The notes under the pieces are model-generated. The model was not told the origin of the DNA. It saw only the letters and a list, made by a program, of their open reading frames with translations, and did no database searches. A stretch of 64,000 nt of DNA from Paraspadella gotoi (taxonomy: Eukaryota > Animalia > Chaetognatha): assembly GCA_051294375.1 (NCBI GenBank), contig CM119268.1:5957525-6021524 (forward strand), written 5' to 3'. Numbering within the stretch: the stretch's first letter is position 1; each line of letters begins with the position of its first letter. A program made the position numbers and the translations under genes. This document shows positions 1-11,672 of this stretch, one piece after another.

Positions 1-2131
1 TTATCTTTTAGAGTGAGAGAAAGCTACATAAAATTAAAGAGAAAAGAGAGAGAGAAGGAGACATAAAAATAAAAGAGAGGAAATTTTGTTTGTTTTGATA
101 AAAGATATTAATAACTGTCGCTCACACCAATTTTACAACATCGATGATGTTATTGCGCAGAAGTATTTAACGTTTTTATTTCTTTTTTCTTTGAAAATAT
201 CGTTTTCCGGTGTTTTTAGAATTTTTATCTCTTTTACATGGAAAAAGCGTTTTTCTTTGTTTTAAAAATGTTGTTTCTCTTTTGGAAATATTCGTCCTGC
301 CGCTGTATTTTACGTTTTTATCAACTTTTTAAACTTTGAAAAGTCGTTTATTCAGTGTTTTTTTTAAAATATTTTTTTACATTGGGACAAAAACGTTTGA
401 CGTTTTTTTTTTTTAAAGTTTTTATTTCTTTTTACATTGAAAAAAATCGTTTTCTGTTTTTTTTTAAAAGGTTTTCATAATCTTTTTACAGGAGAAAAAG
501 TCGTTTTCTGGTGTATTTAACGTTTTTATCTTTTGAGATGAGAGAAAGCTACATAATTAAAGAGAAAGAGAGAGAGAAGGAGACATAAAATAAAAAAGAG
601 AGGAAATTTTTTTGTTTTGATAAAAAGATAATTTAATAACTGTCCTCACCCAATTTTTTAAAACCCGATGATGTTTATTGCAGAAGTATTTAACGTTTTA
701 TTTCTTTTTCTTGAAAATATCGTTTTCCGGGTGTTTTAGAATTTTTTTATTCTTTTATTTCATTGGAAAAAGCGTTTTTCTTTTGTTTTTAAAGTTTGGT
801 TATCTCTTTTGGAAATGTCGTTTGCCGGCTGTATTTAATTCCGTTTTTATTTACTTTTTACTTAGAAAAGTCGTTTATTCGGTGTTTTTTAACTCTTTTT
901 TACATTGAAAAAAACGTTTGGCCGTTTTTTTTTAAGTTTTTTTCTTTTTACATGAAAAAATTCGTTTCTGTTTTTTTTTAAAAAGTTTTGCATATCTTTT
1001 TAACAGAGAAAAAGTCGTTTCTATGTGTATTTAAGCGTTTTTTATCTATTGAGAGTGAGAGAAAAGCTCATAAAATTAAAGAGAAAAGAGAGCAAGAGAA
1101 GGAGACATAAAAATACAAAGAGAGGAAATTTTTGTTTTTGTTTTGATAAAAAATATTTAAATAAACTGTACTCACTCACGCAATTTTAACAACCTCGATG
1201 ATTGTTATTTGCAGAAGTATTTACCCCACGTTTTTTTTCTTTTTCTTTGAAAAAATATCGTTTTTCCGGTGTTTTAGGAATATTTTATCTCTTTTACATT
1301 GGAAAAAGCGGTTTTTCTTTGTTTTTTAAAGTTGTTATCTCTTGGAAATATCGTCTGCCGCTGTATTTAACGCTTTTTATCACTTTATTTACTTTAGAAA
1401 AAGTCGTTTATCAAAGTGTTTTTTTTTATATTTTTTTACATTGGAAAAACGTGCCGTTTTTTATTAAAAGTTTTTATTTCTTTTTTTACATTGGAACAAA
1501 AATCGTTTTCTGTTATTTTTAAAGTTTTCAATATCTTTTTTTACAGAGAAAAAAGTCGTTTTCTGGTGTAATTTAACGTTTTTTATCTTTTGAGAGTGAG
1601 AAGAAAGCTACATAAAATTAAAGAGAAAAGAGAGAGAGAAGGAGACTAAAAATAAAAAGAGGAAATTTGTTTGTTTTGAATTTAAAACAGAATAATTTAA
1701 TAACTGTTCCTCACACCAATTTTAACCAACCTCGATGATGTTAATTTGCAGAAAGTATTAAACGTTTTTATTTCTTTTTTCTTTGAAATATCGTTTTCGC
1801 GTGTTTAGAAATTTTTTTATCTCTTTTTACATTGGAAAAAAGCGTTTTTTTCTTGTTTTTAAAGTTGTTTAATCTTTTTGGAAATGTCGTCTGCCGGTGT
1901 AATTTAACGTTTTTTATTAACTTTTTACTTTAGAAAGTCGTTTATCGGTGTTTTTAACTCTTTTTACATTGGAAAAACGATTGCGTTTTTTTTTCAAGTT
2001 TTTATTTCTTTTTACAATTGGGAAAAAATCGTTTTCTGTTTTTTTTAAAAGTTTTCATATCTTTTACAGAGAAAAAGTCCGTTTTCTGGTGTATTTAATC
2101 GTTTTTATCCATTGAGAGTGAGAGAAAGCTA
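1..2131. repeat. Tandem satellite, ~520-540 bp unit, 4 full copies plus the start of a fifth
   Basis: The motif 'ttatcttttgagagtgagagaaagctacataaaattaaagag' recurs near 1, 526, 1042, 1583 and 2106. Each unit holds ~60-bp sub-repeats ('tttttacattggaaaaa..cgttt'). Copies differ mostly by 1-nt indels. Confidence 0.92.
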
Positions 2132-2160
2132 GCCATATCGCAACGCCTCTCTTCAATCCG

Positions 2161-2993
2161 TTGTCTCCTCGCAGCGGCTCGCCACGAGCACGGCCCAACC
2201 CACGCCGACGCCGTGATGCAACTTCCGNNNNNNNNNNCGCAGCGCATCCGCCGCCTCCTCGAGCTCGCACGCCTAAACTCCCTCCATTCGATTCGAAAAA
2301 CATTTCTGTATGGTTGGCCGGAGTTGACGCTGCGTTTGTCGCCGCTGACGTCACCGACGACGCCACTATGGCGTCCCACATTTTCGCAGCCCTTCCTTCA
2401 GAGCATCAACCGCTTTTCGAGGATTTTTATCGATCTGGCAATCGCCCCTCGTACGCACAAGTTTACGCGAGACTAATAAAACTGTTTGGTGAAAAACCGA
2501 GGCAGTTGGCCCAGAGGATGCTGCGCCCAATGACGCTCAGTGGACGTACCCCGTCGCAGCTTGCAACCATCATCCGAGCAGCCTTCTCTGAACTTCGTAT
2601 GGAAGTCGTTTTCAAAGAGATTTTGGCTAACGCTCTCCCCTCCCACGTCCGCGCAATCGCTTTCACCGACATTAATTCTCTTGACGACGCCGCAACAGCA
2701 GCGGATGCCTTCTATGACGCTACCGGAAACCTTGTTGTGAAGCCACCATCGCCCAGTGGCACCATCAACGCCATCTCTGCTGACGCAGATGAGGATGACG
2801 ACGCCGACCGACCTCTTTCTTACGCCGAGGTCTGTGCAGTCAATAACAGCCAAAGGCCTTGGAAGCGGGTCGAGCAGCGCCGACGCCAACGCCCCTTTCA
2901 GCCCAGAGCAGCATCAGCCGCCACCGAGATGGACGGCAATACGTGCTGGTACCATGCCGAATTTGGCAATCGCGCTAGAAACTGCCGCGAAGT
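2161..2993 (+). CDS. gag: Gypsy Gag-like protein (partial, runs into N gap)
   Basis: N-terminal motif KLPPF...WLAGVDAAF, central L-S-G-R-T-P-S-Q-L, and the CWYHAEFGNRARNC zinc-knuckle-like motif typical of invertebrate Gypsy Gag. Confidence 0.8.
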
Positions 2994-3990
2994 NNNNNNN
3001 NNNNNNNNNNNNNNNNNNNNNNNNNNNNNNNNNNNNNNNNNNNNNNNNNNNNNNNNNNNNNNNNNNNNNNNNNNNNNNNNNNNNNNNNNNNNNNNNNNNN
3101 NNNNNNNNNNNNNNNNNNNNNNNNNNNNNNNNNNNNNNNNNNNNNNNNNNNNNNNNNNNNNNNNNNNNNNNNNNNNNNNNNNNNNNNNNNNNNNNNNNNN
3201 NNNNNNNNNNNNNNNNNNNNNNNNNNNNNNNNNNNNNNNNNNNNNNNNNNNNNNNNNNNNNNNNNNNNNNNNNNNNNNNNNNNNNNNNNNNNNNNNNNNN
3301 NNNNNNNNNNNNNNNNNNNNNNNNNNNNNNNNNNNNNNNNNNNNNNNNNNNNNNNNNNNNNNNNNNNNNNNNNNNNNNNNNNNNNNNNNNNNNNNNNNNN
3401 NNNNNNNNNNNNNNNNNNNNNNNNNNNNNNNNNNNNNNNNNNNNNNNNNNNNNNNNNNNNNNNNNNNNNNNNNNNNNNNNNNNNNNNNNNNNNNNNNNNN
3501 NNNNNNNNNNNNNNNNNNNNNNNNNNNNNNNNNNNNNNNNNNNNNNNNNNNNNNNNNNNNNNNNNNNNNNNNNNNNNNNNNNNNNNNNNNNNNNNNNNNN
3601 NNNNNNNNNNNNNNNNNNNNNNNNNNNNNNNNNNNNNNNNNNNNNNNNNNNNNNNNNNNNNNNNNNNNNNNNNNNNNNNNNNNNNNNNNNNNNNNNNNNN
3701 NNNNNNNNNNNNNNNNNNNNNNNNNNNNNNNNNNNNNNNNNNNNNNNNNNNNNNNNNNNNNNNNNNNNNNNNNNNNNNNNNNNNNNNNNNNNNNNNNNNN
3801 NNNNNNNNNNNNNNNNNNNNNNNNNNNNNNNNNNNNNNNNNNNNNNNNNNNNNNNNNNNNNNNNNNNNNNNNNNNNNNNNNNNNNNNNNNNNNNNNNNNN
3901 NNNNNNNNNNNNNNNNNNNNNNNNNNNNNNNNNNNNNNNNNNNNNNNNNNNNNNNNNNNNNNNNNNNNNNNNNNNNNNNNNNNNNNNNNN

Positions 3991-4555
3991 AAATTCCGGT
4001 ACATGAGGCAGATATCCCAAAAACCGCCATCATTACGCCCTTTGGACTTTATGAGTACCTAAGAACGCCATTCGGCCTAAAAAACGCAGCTCAAGACTTC
4101 CAGCGCATGATGGACGTCATCTTGTCTGGAATTCCCCATGTTTTCGTATACCTTGATGACATTCTTGTCGCATCAACATCCTTTGACGAGCACCTGGAGG
4201 ACCTTGAACGCGTTTTCGAGGCTCTCGAGAGTAACGGCCTCATCATCAATCGCTCTAAATGCGTTTTCGGCGCCTCTTCGCTCGAATTTCTCGGTTATAA
4301 CGTCAACGCCGACGGCGTCACACCCCTTCCTAACAGAGTCGACGACATCGAGAAGTTTCCAACGCCGACATCGATTAAGGACCTTCAACGGTTTCTTGGC
4401 GTCCTTAATTACTATAGGCGTTTCATCCCACGCGCCGCCGACATCCTCGAGCCCCTCTACAGCGCCCTTCGAGGAAAACCGAAGCACTTGGAATGGGGCG
4501 ACGAACGCGATGCAGCATTTGCCGCCGCGAAAAAAGCTCTCGCTTCTGCAACGAT
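3991..4555 (+). CDS. pol: Gypsy reverse transcriptase (partial; frameshift near 4017)
   Basis: Reads KTAIITPFGLYEYLRTPFGLKNAAQDFQRMMD, the catalytic YLDD, LEFLG, and LQRFLGVLNYYRRFIP. Confidence 0.93.
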
Positions 4556-5254
4556 GTCTTGGTCACTCCGTTCAGCGACAGTTACAGGGCCCGAGCTCGT
4601 CTACGAAATAGGTGTGACGCGCCTCCAACTAGCACGAAGCTATGGGCGGGAAGTCACGAGTTGCTTACTTGTCGGGAAAACCATTAACTTTTGCAGGGGT
4701 AATTGTGAAACCATTAAGCTTTCTTTCTCCGCTCTCCTTGCAGCAGCACCAAAACGTAAAGCCCGCCCTTTCGACAGAGAGCTAGACTTGTAGCTTTCGC
4801 ATGACTGTGTGCCCATGTCGGCCGTTTTTCGAAGTGGCGACCTCTTTACGTCTGTTTCAGATCAAACAGCTTCGTTCTCCGGCCTGACTCAGGGAAAAAA
4901 TCTAGTAGCCTCATACCTATATAGGCCAATTACCTCGAGACGTCTGCAGGGTATCAGTGCGATAACTACAGACTATTGCGACATTATGAAGGGAAAGGCG
5001 CGCCGCGGTACGTGTAACGACTGTACGCGCGCTCTCTCGCCACTTCCACCTGCGAGCCAGCGCCCCCCTCCAAGCTAACTATCAACGCCGGTGTCTCCTG
5101 TGCAACGGATCAATTCGAAAAATGGCATCGGATCAAAAGAGAGGCGCGGACGTGTCAAAGTCTCCTTGCCGACGGTGGTGGGACCACACCAGTTTGCGCT
5201 GTTGACAAGGTGTATAGTGTGGACGCGCGTACAGCACATTATCTGTGATGTAAG

Positions 5255-6630
5255 TTGCGGCAGGATCCCGCCACCACTCTGCCAGAAGACATGGCGGAGC
5301 GCCTCGTTTTCGACTGCAATCCACATTCTCTCACATCCTCGGTGTCGCGCGACGCAACCAAGACATATTTGGTCACAAAGGCCGGATTTGCTCTGCGCCT
5401 TCGGCATCTACTGCACGTTGGCGCGAGATGGCACAGACGCACGTGCACTCAATGCCAGCGCGCTAAAATCCACCAGCACATTCAAGCGCCTCCCCAACAA
5501 TTTCCGCAGGTCGAGCGACGTTTTCAGCATGTTCACGTTGACATTGTAGGCCCTCTCCCCGTCTCTAATGGACACGCCCATTTACTCACGTGCGTTGATC
5601 GTTTTACGCGCTGGCCAGAAGCAATCCCTCTTCGCGACACCACGACGCCGACCATCGCCGCGGCCTTCCTTCAAAATTGGGTTGCGCGCTTTGGTGTACC
5701 TTCAACGGTAACCACAGATCGGGGAAGCCAATTCACGTCTGAATTGTGGCGCCAACTCGCCGAAATGGTGGGCTTTAAACTAAACTTCACCACAGCCTAC
5801 CATCCACAGGCAAACGGTATGGTGGAACGAATGCATCGCAGCTTGAAATCATCGCTAAAGGCACGCTGTGAGAACGCCGCTGACAGGTGGTTCTCTCAAC
5901 TCCCCTGGGTCCTGCTTGGACTGCGAACCACCTATAAAAACGATCTCGACGCTTCCCCGGCGGAATTGGTCATTGGCGATGTACTCACCATCCCTGGTGA
6001 GCTGATTGGCGCCGACGATTCCAACCAAGAAGTCGATGCCACGCAACGAGCTGAGATTCTTCAAAACCTCCGTTTTGACGTCGCGCTCATGCGCCCAATC
6101 CCTGGCACCGCCCACACAGAGCCAATAAGCCGGATTCCAACTTCCCTCAGGGAGGCGGAGTTTGTTTTTGTTCGCCGCCCTAACAACGCCGGCGCCCTCG
6201 CGACGCCTTATGCCGGACCCTACCGTGTAGTAAAATGGCACCAACGAGACGTCATCATCGAAATACCCGGCCGAGGCAAAGAAACAATAACCATCGATCG
6301 CGTCAAACCGGCGTCCATCGACGCCGAAAATCCTCCAGCGCCTCCAGAGGCCCCGCCTCGCGGACGCCCTCCCAAACGCCGGGCGCCCGCGCACACTGAC
6401 GTTGGAGAGAACGATAAGAAAACTTTAAAAAAGGTCATTTTTCCCAATGCATCTGATAACAGGCGATCAAGACCAGCCCGCACCCAACCCACTAGGCGCT
6501 GCAAGCGCCTACCACTTCCGGCCACGCTGGAGCCTATCAACGAGGAAGAATTTGAGCCACGACCTATCACCACTGACGTCAACCAAGTCAACGACAGCGC
6601 TTGGGGGGGGATGTTTGGGAACTCAAATGA
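5255..6630 (+). CDS. pol: Gypsy integrase (DDE core and GPY/F C-terminal domain); the 5' zinc-finger region is frameshifted
   Basis: Contains CTQC, HVHVDIVGPLP, VDRFTRWPEAIP, TTDRGSQF, AYHPQANGMVER and PYAGPYRV. Confidence 0.93.
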
Positions 6631-7069
6631 NNNNNNNNNNNNNNNNNNNNNNNNNNNNNNNNNNNNNNNNNNNNNNNNNNNNNNNNNNNNNNNNNNNNNN
6701 NNNNNNNNNNNNNNNNNNNNNNNNNNNNNNACGATCCTGTGAGAGATTAGAAATCACAAAACTAAACGCCGTCCCTATAGTGACAAATACGGATTATGTC
6801 ACTGTTGCTAACATTAGCACAGACGAAAATAAAAATGACAAATATGATAATGATATTGAAAAGATGAAATTAATGACAACGATATTTATCTTTTAGAAAT
6901 TGCTAAAAATCGCCACAACTTATGAAATGACTACTCAAAACGAGACGACGTACGACAGACGACGACGACGACGTAGCAACACTAACGCTTGCTCAAAGTC
7001 GATGGCGACAAACGCTGAATCTTTCTCTCTCTCGACCCTCACGTGAGAAGAAAGACTGATGAGGAACGA

Positions 7070-7330
7070 GACTAGGGTGGAGTGAAGAGTTAAAAGACTA
7101 GGGTGGTAAGAGAAGATGAAAGACTAGGGTGGAGTAAAGAGTTGAAAGACTAGGGTGGTAAGAGAAGATGAAAGACTAGGGTGGAGTAAAGAGTTGAAAG
7201 ACTAGGGTGGTAAGAGAAGATGAAAGATTAGGGTGGAGTGAAGAGTTGAAAGACTAGGGTGGTAAGAGAAGATGAAAGACTAGGGTGGAGTGAAGAGTTG
7301 AAAGACCAGGGTGGTAAGAGATGATGAAAG
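7070..7330. repeat. Minisatellite of alternating 26-bp variants (52-bp higher-order unit), 10 monomers
   Basis: gactagggtggagtgaagagttgaaa alternates with gactagggtggtaagagaagatgaaa; monomers start at 7070, 7096, 7122 and so on. Confidence 0.92.
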
Positions 7331-8259
7331 ACTGAGGTTTGAGGTGTTAAAAGACCGTAGCCTACAGTGTAGGGTGGATAGAAGAATTGAAAGATGAAAG
7401 GATGAAAAGAGAGGATAAAATATTAGAGTGGCTGTGGATTTTAAAAACTAAATACGGTTGAAAAGTATAAAGACTAAAACGAGCAGAGGAATCAAAAGAC
7501 TAGGTCGGGATGAGAAGTGAAAATGATTGGGTTGAGGGAATGATTGAGAAATGAAAGATAAAATATTACATTTGAAATAACATAAAATTGTAATATTTTT
7601 TAACGCTAACCATGTAACAAAATAGCAATAGTAAAGAATAGATGGGTAATGTACCGAGTCATGACTGAGAAAAAAATTATCATCAATAAATTCAGGAAAA
7701 ACATATGAAATACGATTTCTTTCGTCGGAGATGATTATTTCGATGCTTCAGATGTGAATACAGATGAGAAAGATCTGTTTAACTCGAAAGATTAAATAAG
7801 TTAAAAGGGATTAGATAAGGATTAAATGAACAATACGATCAGACTTTTGAACGTATATTAGATAGTTTATGAACGAAATGGTACCATAGCATGATGTCAA
7901 ATGCTAAAATTTAAAAACTTATGATTTGAAAAGATTTAGAAACTCAAATGTTTTGAATTATTAAAAGACGATAAAATCTTAGATAGGCTAAAGTTTTATT
8001 TTGGTCTTGAAAAATATAATCGATATAATCTGGATGAAGTTTAAATTTAAAAAAATAGAACGCTGAGTGAATTATCAGTTATTACCCTTTTTAACTTGGT
8101 TATTAATATTATTAAATTAGAAGTTTTAATAATAAAAGAGGTCATTTTCATTCGATTATAAACTTTTTCCACTTACCTGACTCTATGTTCACTTTCCATT
8201 CTCACTTAAGACGCTTTGATTCCTCTTATGGAAAAATCAATTTTCCCTCAAGATTGAGC

Positions 8260-8296
<37 letters not shown>

Positions 8297-9134
8297 NNNN
8301 NNNNNNNNNNNNNNNNNNNNNNNNNNNNNNNNNNNNNNNNNNNNNNNNNNNNNNNNNNNNNNNNNNNNNNNNNNNNNNNNNNNNNNNNNNNNNNNNNNNN
8401 NNNNNNNNNNNNNNNNNNNNNNNNNNNNNNNNNNNNNNNNNNNNNNNNNNNNNNNNNNNNNNNNNNNNNNNNNNNNNCTCTCTCTCTCTCTTTCTCAAAA
8501 TACGTTCATATTAAAGCCATTCATTATTAAATCTAGTAATAATAATCTGCACGCTTGGATTATCCATAATTGTATCTGAAACAAAACTGGATTTACNNNN
8601 NNNNNNNNNNNNNNNNNNNNNNNNNNNNNNNNNNNNNNNNNNNNNNNNNNNNNNNNNNNNNNNNNNNNNNNNNNNNNNNNNNNNNNNNNNNNNNNNNNNN
8701 NNNNNNNNNNNNNNNNNNNNNNNNNNNNNNNNNNNNNNNNNNNNNNNNNNNNNNNNNNNNNNNNNNNNNNNNNNNNNNNNNNNNNNNNNNNNNNNNNNNN
8801 NNNNNNNNNNNNNNNNNNNNNNNNNNNNNNNNNNNNNNNNNNNNNNNNNNNNNNNNNNNNNNNNNNNNNNNNNNNNNNNNNAATATTTTATTAAATATTT
8901 AAAATTTTTTTTTTTTGGTCGTTTCAAATTTCCGAAATTTCTACTTTATCATATAACTATTTATCACTATTTTAACAGTTTTATTTTGTTCTCCAAGATT
9001 TTCTTTCTTTTTTTAACTTTCTTTTTCTTATCCAATATTTTTTTTCATTGAGAGAGGCCTGTTTTTCACCGTCGTCAGTCTGCCACCTTTTGTTTTCGTC
9101 TTTCTTTTCTTTACCTATTTCTCTCTTTCTTTTT

Positions 9135-9201
<67 letters not shown>

Positions 9202-9890
9202 CTCTTTCTTTCCTTCTTTCTTTCTTTCTTTCCTTCAATATTTCCCTACAGTTCTTTCTTTCCTGTTTCTTTTTCTTTCTTTCTTGACTTCCTTCTTTCT
9301 TTCTAACTGCTACCTTCCTTCTCTCTTTCCTTCCACATATTTTATTCAACCCTCGTCATATCAACCAACGAATTTGTTATTTTCGAATAAAAAAAAGAAA
9401 AAACTAATAAAAATCAAAATCACAAAACATAAAAAAAAATTTTTAAAGAAAGAAAACTAAAAATTTATTTTNNNNNNNNNNNNNNNNNNNNNNNNNNNNN
9501 NNNNNNNNNNNNNNNNNNNNNNNNNNNNNNNNNNNNNNNNNNNNNNNNNNNNNNNNNNNNNNNNNNNNNNNNNNNNNNNNNNNNNNNNNNNNNNNNNNNN
9601 NNNNNNNNNNNNNNNNNNNNNNNNNNNNNNNNNTTTTCATTTCCTCTGTTGATTCTCTGGAAAAATAGGGGGCGCTTGGGTGCTGTCGTCGTCGTCGTTA
9701 TCCTCGCGTCATGGTCGTCGTCGTCATCGTTTTGGTCGTTGTTTTGTCATCTTTAATTCTTAATTTCTCTTCTGCTTAGAATTAAATGTTTAAATAAATT
9801 TCTAAACGTTTTATTCTCACATCGCTGACTCCAGACCAGCTGTTACATCGATTGTGAAAGCTTGGTTAAATTGAAAGAGAGAGTGAGAGG

Positions 9891-9931
<41 letters not shown>

Positions 9932-11324
9932 AAGAGTACAATAAAATACATGAATATCAATTAGTAAACAACATTCGCCAAATTACGAAACATTAACCAA
10001 GACAGACAAAAAAAATGAGCAAAGATAAAGGGAGGAACGAAAGGAAAAACATAACAAAAAATAGGAAAAAAAGAAGAAAAAGAAAAAGAGAAAAGATCAA
10101 CAATGGAAGAGAGGATGAAAGGAGGAAAGGAGGAAGGGGGGAAAGGAGGAAGGGAGGAAGGGAGGAAAGTAGAAAAGGAAGAAAACAGAAGGAAGGGAAG
10201 AGGAAAAAAATAGAAATAAAAAAGGAAAATGAAAAGAGGAAGAATAAAAAAAAGGAAAATAGTAAAAATCTAAGATAAAGATGAAAGTATAAAAAATGGA
10301 TGTGATAAGCAATGGGATAGATAGAAATACGAAAATTTAAAAAGGGAGTAAATAAGGAAAAAGAGGGAAAGATGAAATCTGCAAGGAATGATGTAGAAAT
10401 GAATTAAAATATAAAAGTATAATATATGAAACACATTTAGATATTTATATTTGATGTCATGTTTAAAAATATAAAGAAGAGAATGAAAATAATATGAAAA
10501 GAAAAAATTGGGATTGAAAAAAAAATAAATGAAAGACAAAAATACCAAAAATAATGGCACAAAAAAAGAAATAAAAAATAAAGGAAAATTAGAGAGGAAA
10601 AAAAGGGAAAAAAGGAAAGAAAAAAAAAGGAGGAAATGAAGGAAGAGCCTTTACTCGATTCTGTTGGGAAATCCAATCAAAAGCGGGCTGAGAGGGAGGA
10701 GAGAAAGAGATANNNNNNNNNNNNNNNNNNNNNNNNNNNNNNNNNNNNNNNNNNNNNNNNNNNNNNNNNNNNNNNNNNNNNNNNNNNNNNNNNNNNNNNN
10801 NNNNNNNNNNNNNNNNNNNNNNNNNNNNNNNNNNNNNNNNNNNNNNNNNNNNNNNNNNNNNNNNNNNNNNNNNNNNNNNNNNNNNNNNNNNNNNNNNNNN
10901 NNNNNNNNAAAATTCGACCTCCAATTCGTTTATAATAATTTTTTTTTCATTTAAAGAAGAATTTATCACGGTGTCCAACATTTACCACAGAAAGAGCCAA
11001 TGTTGATATTGATGTTGCATTTGCAGTTGGTCTTGTGGCAGCCCCTTTGTTCGTTGGAATAAAAAAAAATAAAAATTTGATCCTAAACTCGTCACAAATA
11101 TTAATTCTCTCTTTTTCCCTTTTGCTTGAAAGAAAAGATTTAGAATCTCGTCGCATAAACAAAGAAAAAATGTTGTCAACAAATGTGGTATGGCAAATTA
11201 ATCATATTTAAATAACTTTCTTCGTTTTCGTTAATTGACTCAATCTGTCTTCTTGATACTAGGCCAAGTCAAGGCTTTCGAAGATGAAAACCTAAATGTG
11301 AAGAGGATTAAACCCCAAGACAAA

Positions 11325-11672
11325 ATGAAAATGATTAAACCATGTGACCAAATGGCAATTTCACTAAATGATAAAATGATTAAACACTATGACAGAAGAG
11401 CAATGCCACGAAATAATAAAATATTAAACTCTGTGTCAGAACAGAAATATCACTAAATGATAAAATGATTAAACCCTCTGACAGAATAACAATGTCACTA
11501 AATGATAAAACTATGAAACCCTATGACAGAATAGCAATGCCACTAAATGATTAAATTATTAAACCCTATGACAGAATAGCAATGCCACTAAATGATTAAA
11601 TGATAAAACCCTATGACAGAATAGCAATGTCACTAAATTATTAAACCCTATGACAGAGTGAGAATGTCACAC
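11325..11672. repeat. Minisatellite, ~45-bp unit, 7-8 copies
   Basis: Recurring 'aaatgattaaaccctatgacagaatagcaatgccactaaatgat'. Confidence 0.88.

Larger units (their letters stand above)
2132..6785 (+). mobile_element. Ty3/Gypsy LTR retrotransposon, 5'-truncated and gapped
   Basis: Domain order is gag, (gap), RT, degraded RNase H, integrase, which is the Gypsy order. A polypurine tract (gggggggga, 6603-6611) is followed by TG at 6612, the probable 3' LTR start. The LTR end is uncertain because of the N gap at 6631-6730. No 5' LTR or PBS is visible. Confidence 0.9.

Noticed and set aside
2898-4062. Long ORFs of 350-630 aa in several frames
   Set aside because: They are inflated by the N gap at 2994-3990.
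7055-7075. ctgatgag...cgagac, a hammerhead-like core
   Set aside because: It has GAGA instead of GAAA and no supporting stems.
7070-7330. CRISPR-like regular repeats (also 11325-11672 and 59714-59855)
   Set aside because: No unique spacers, no cas genes, and a eukaryotic context; these are minisatellites.
8200-10700. ERER/SLSL/KERK low-complexity ORFs here and throughout the window
   Set aside because: They are translations of (GA)n and (GAAA)n microsatellites.
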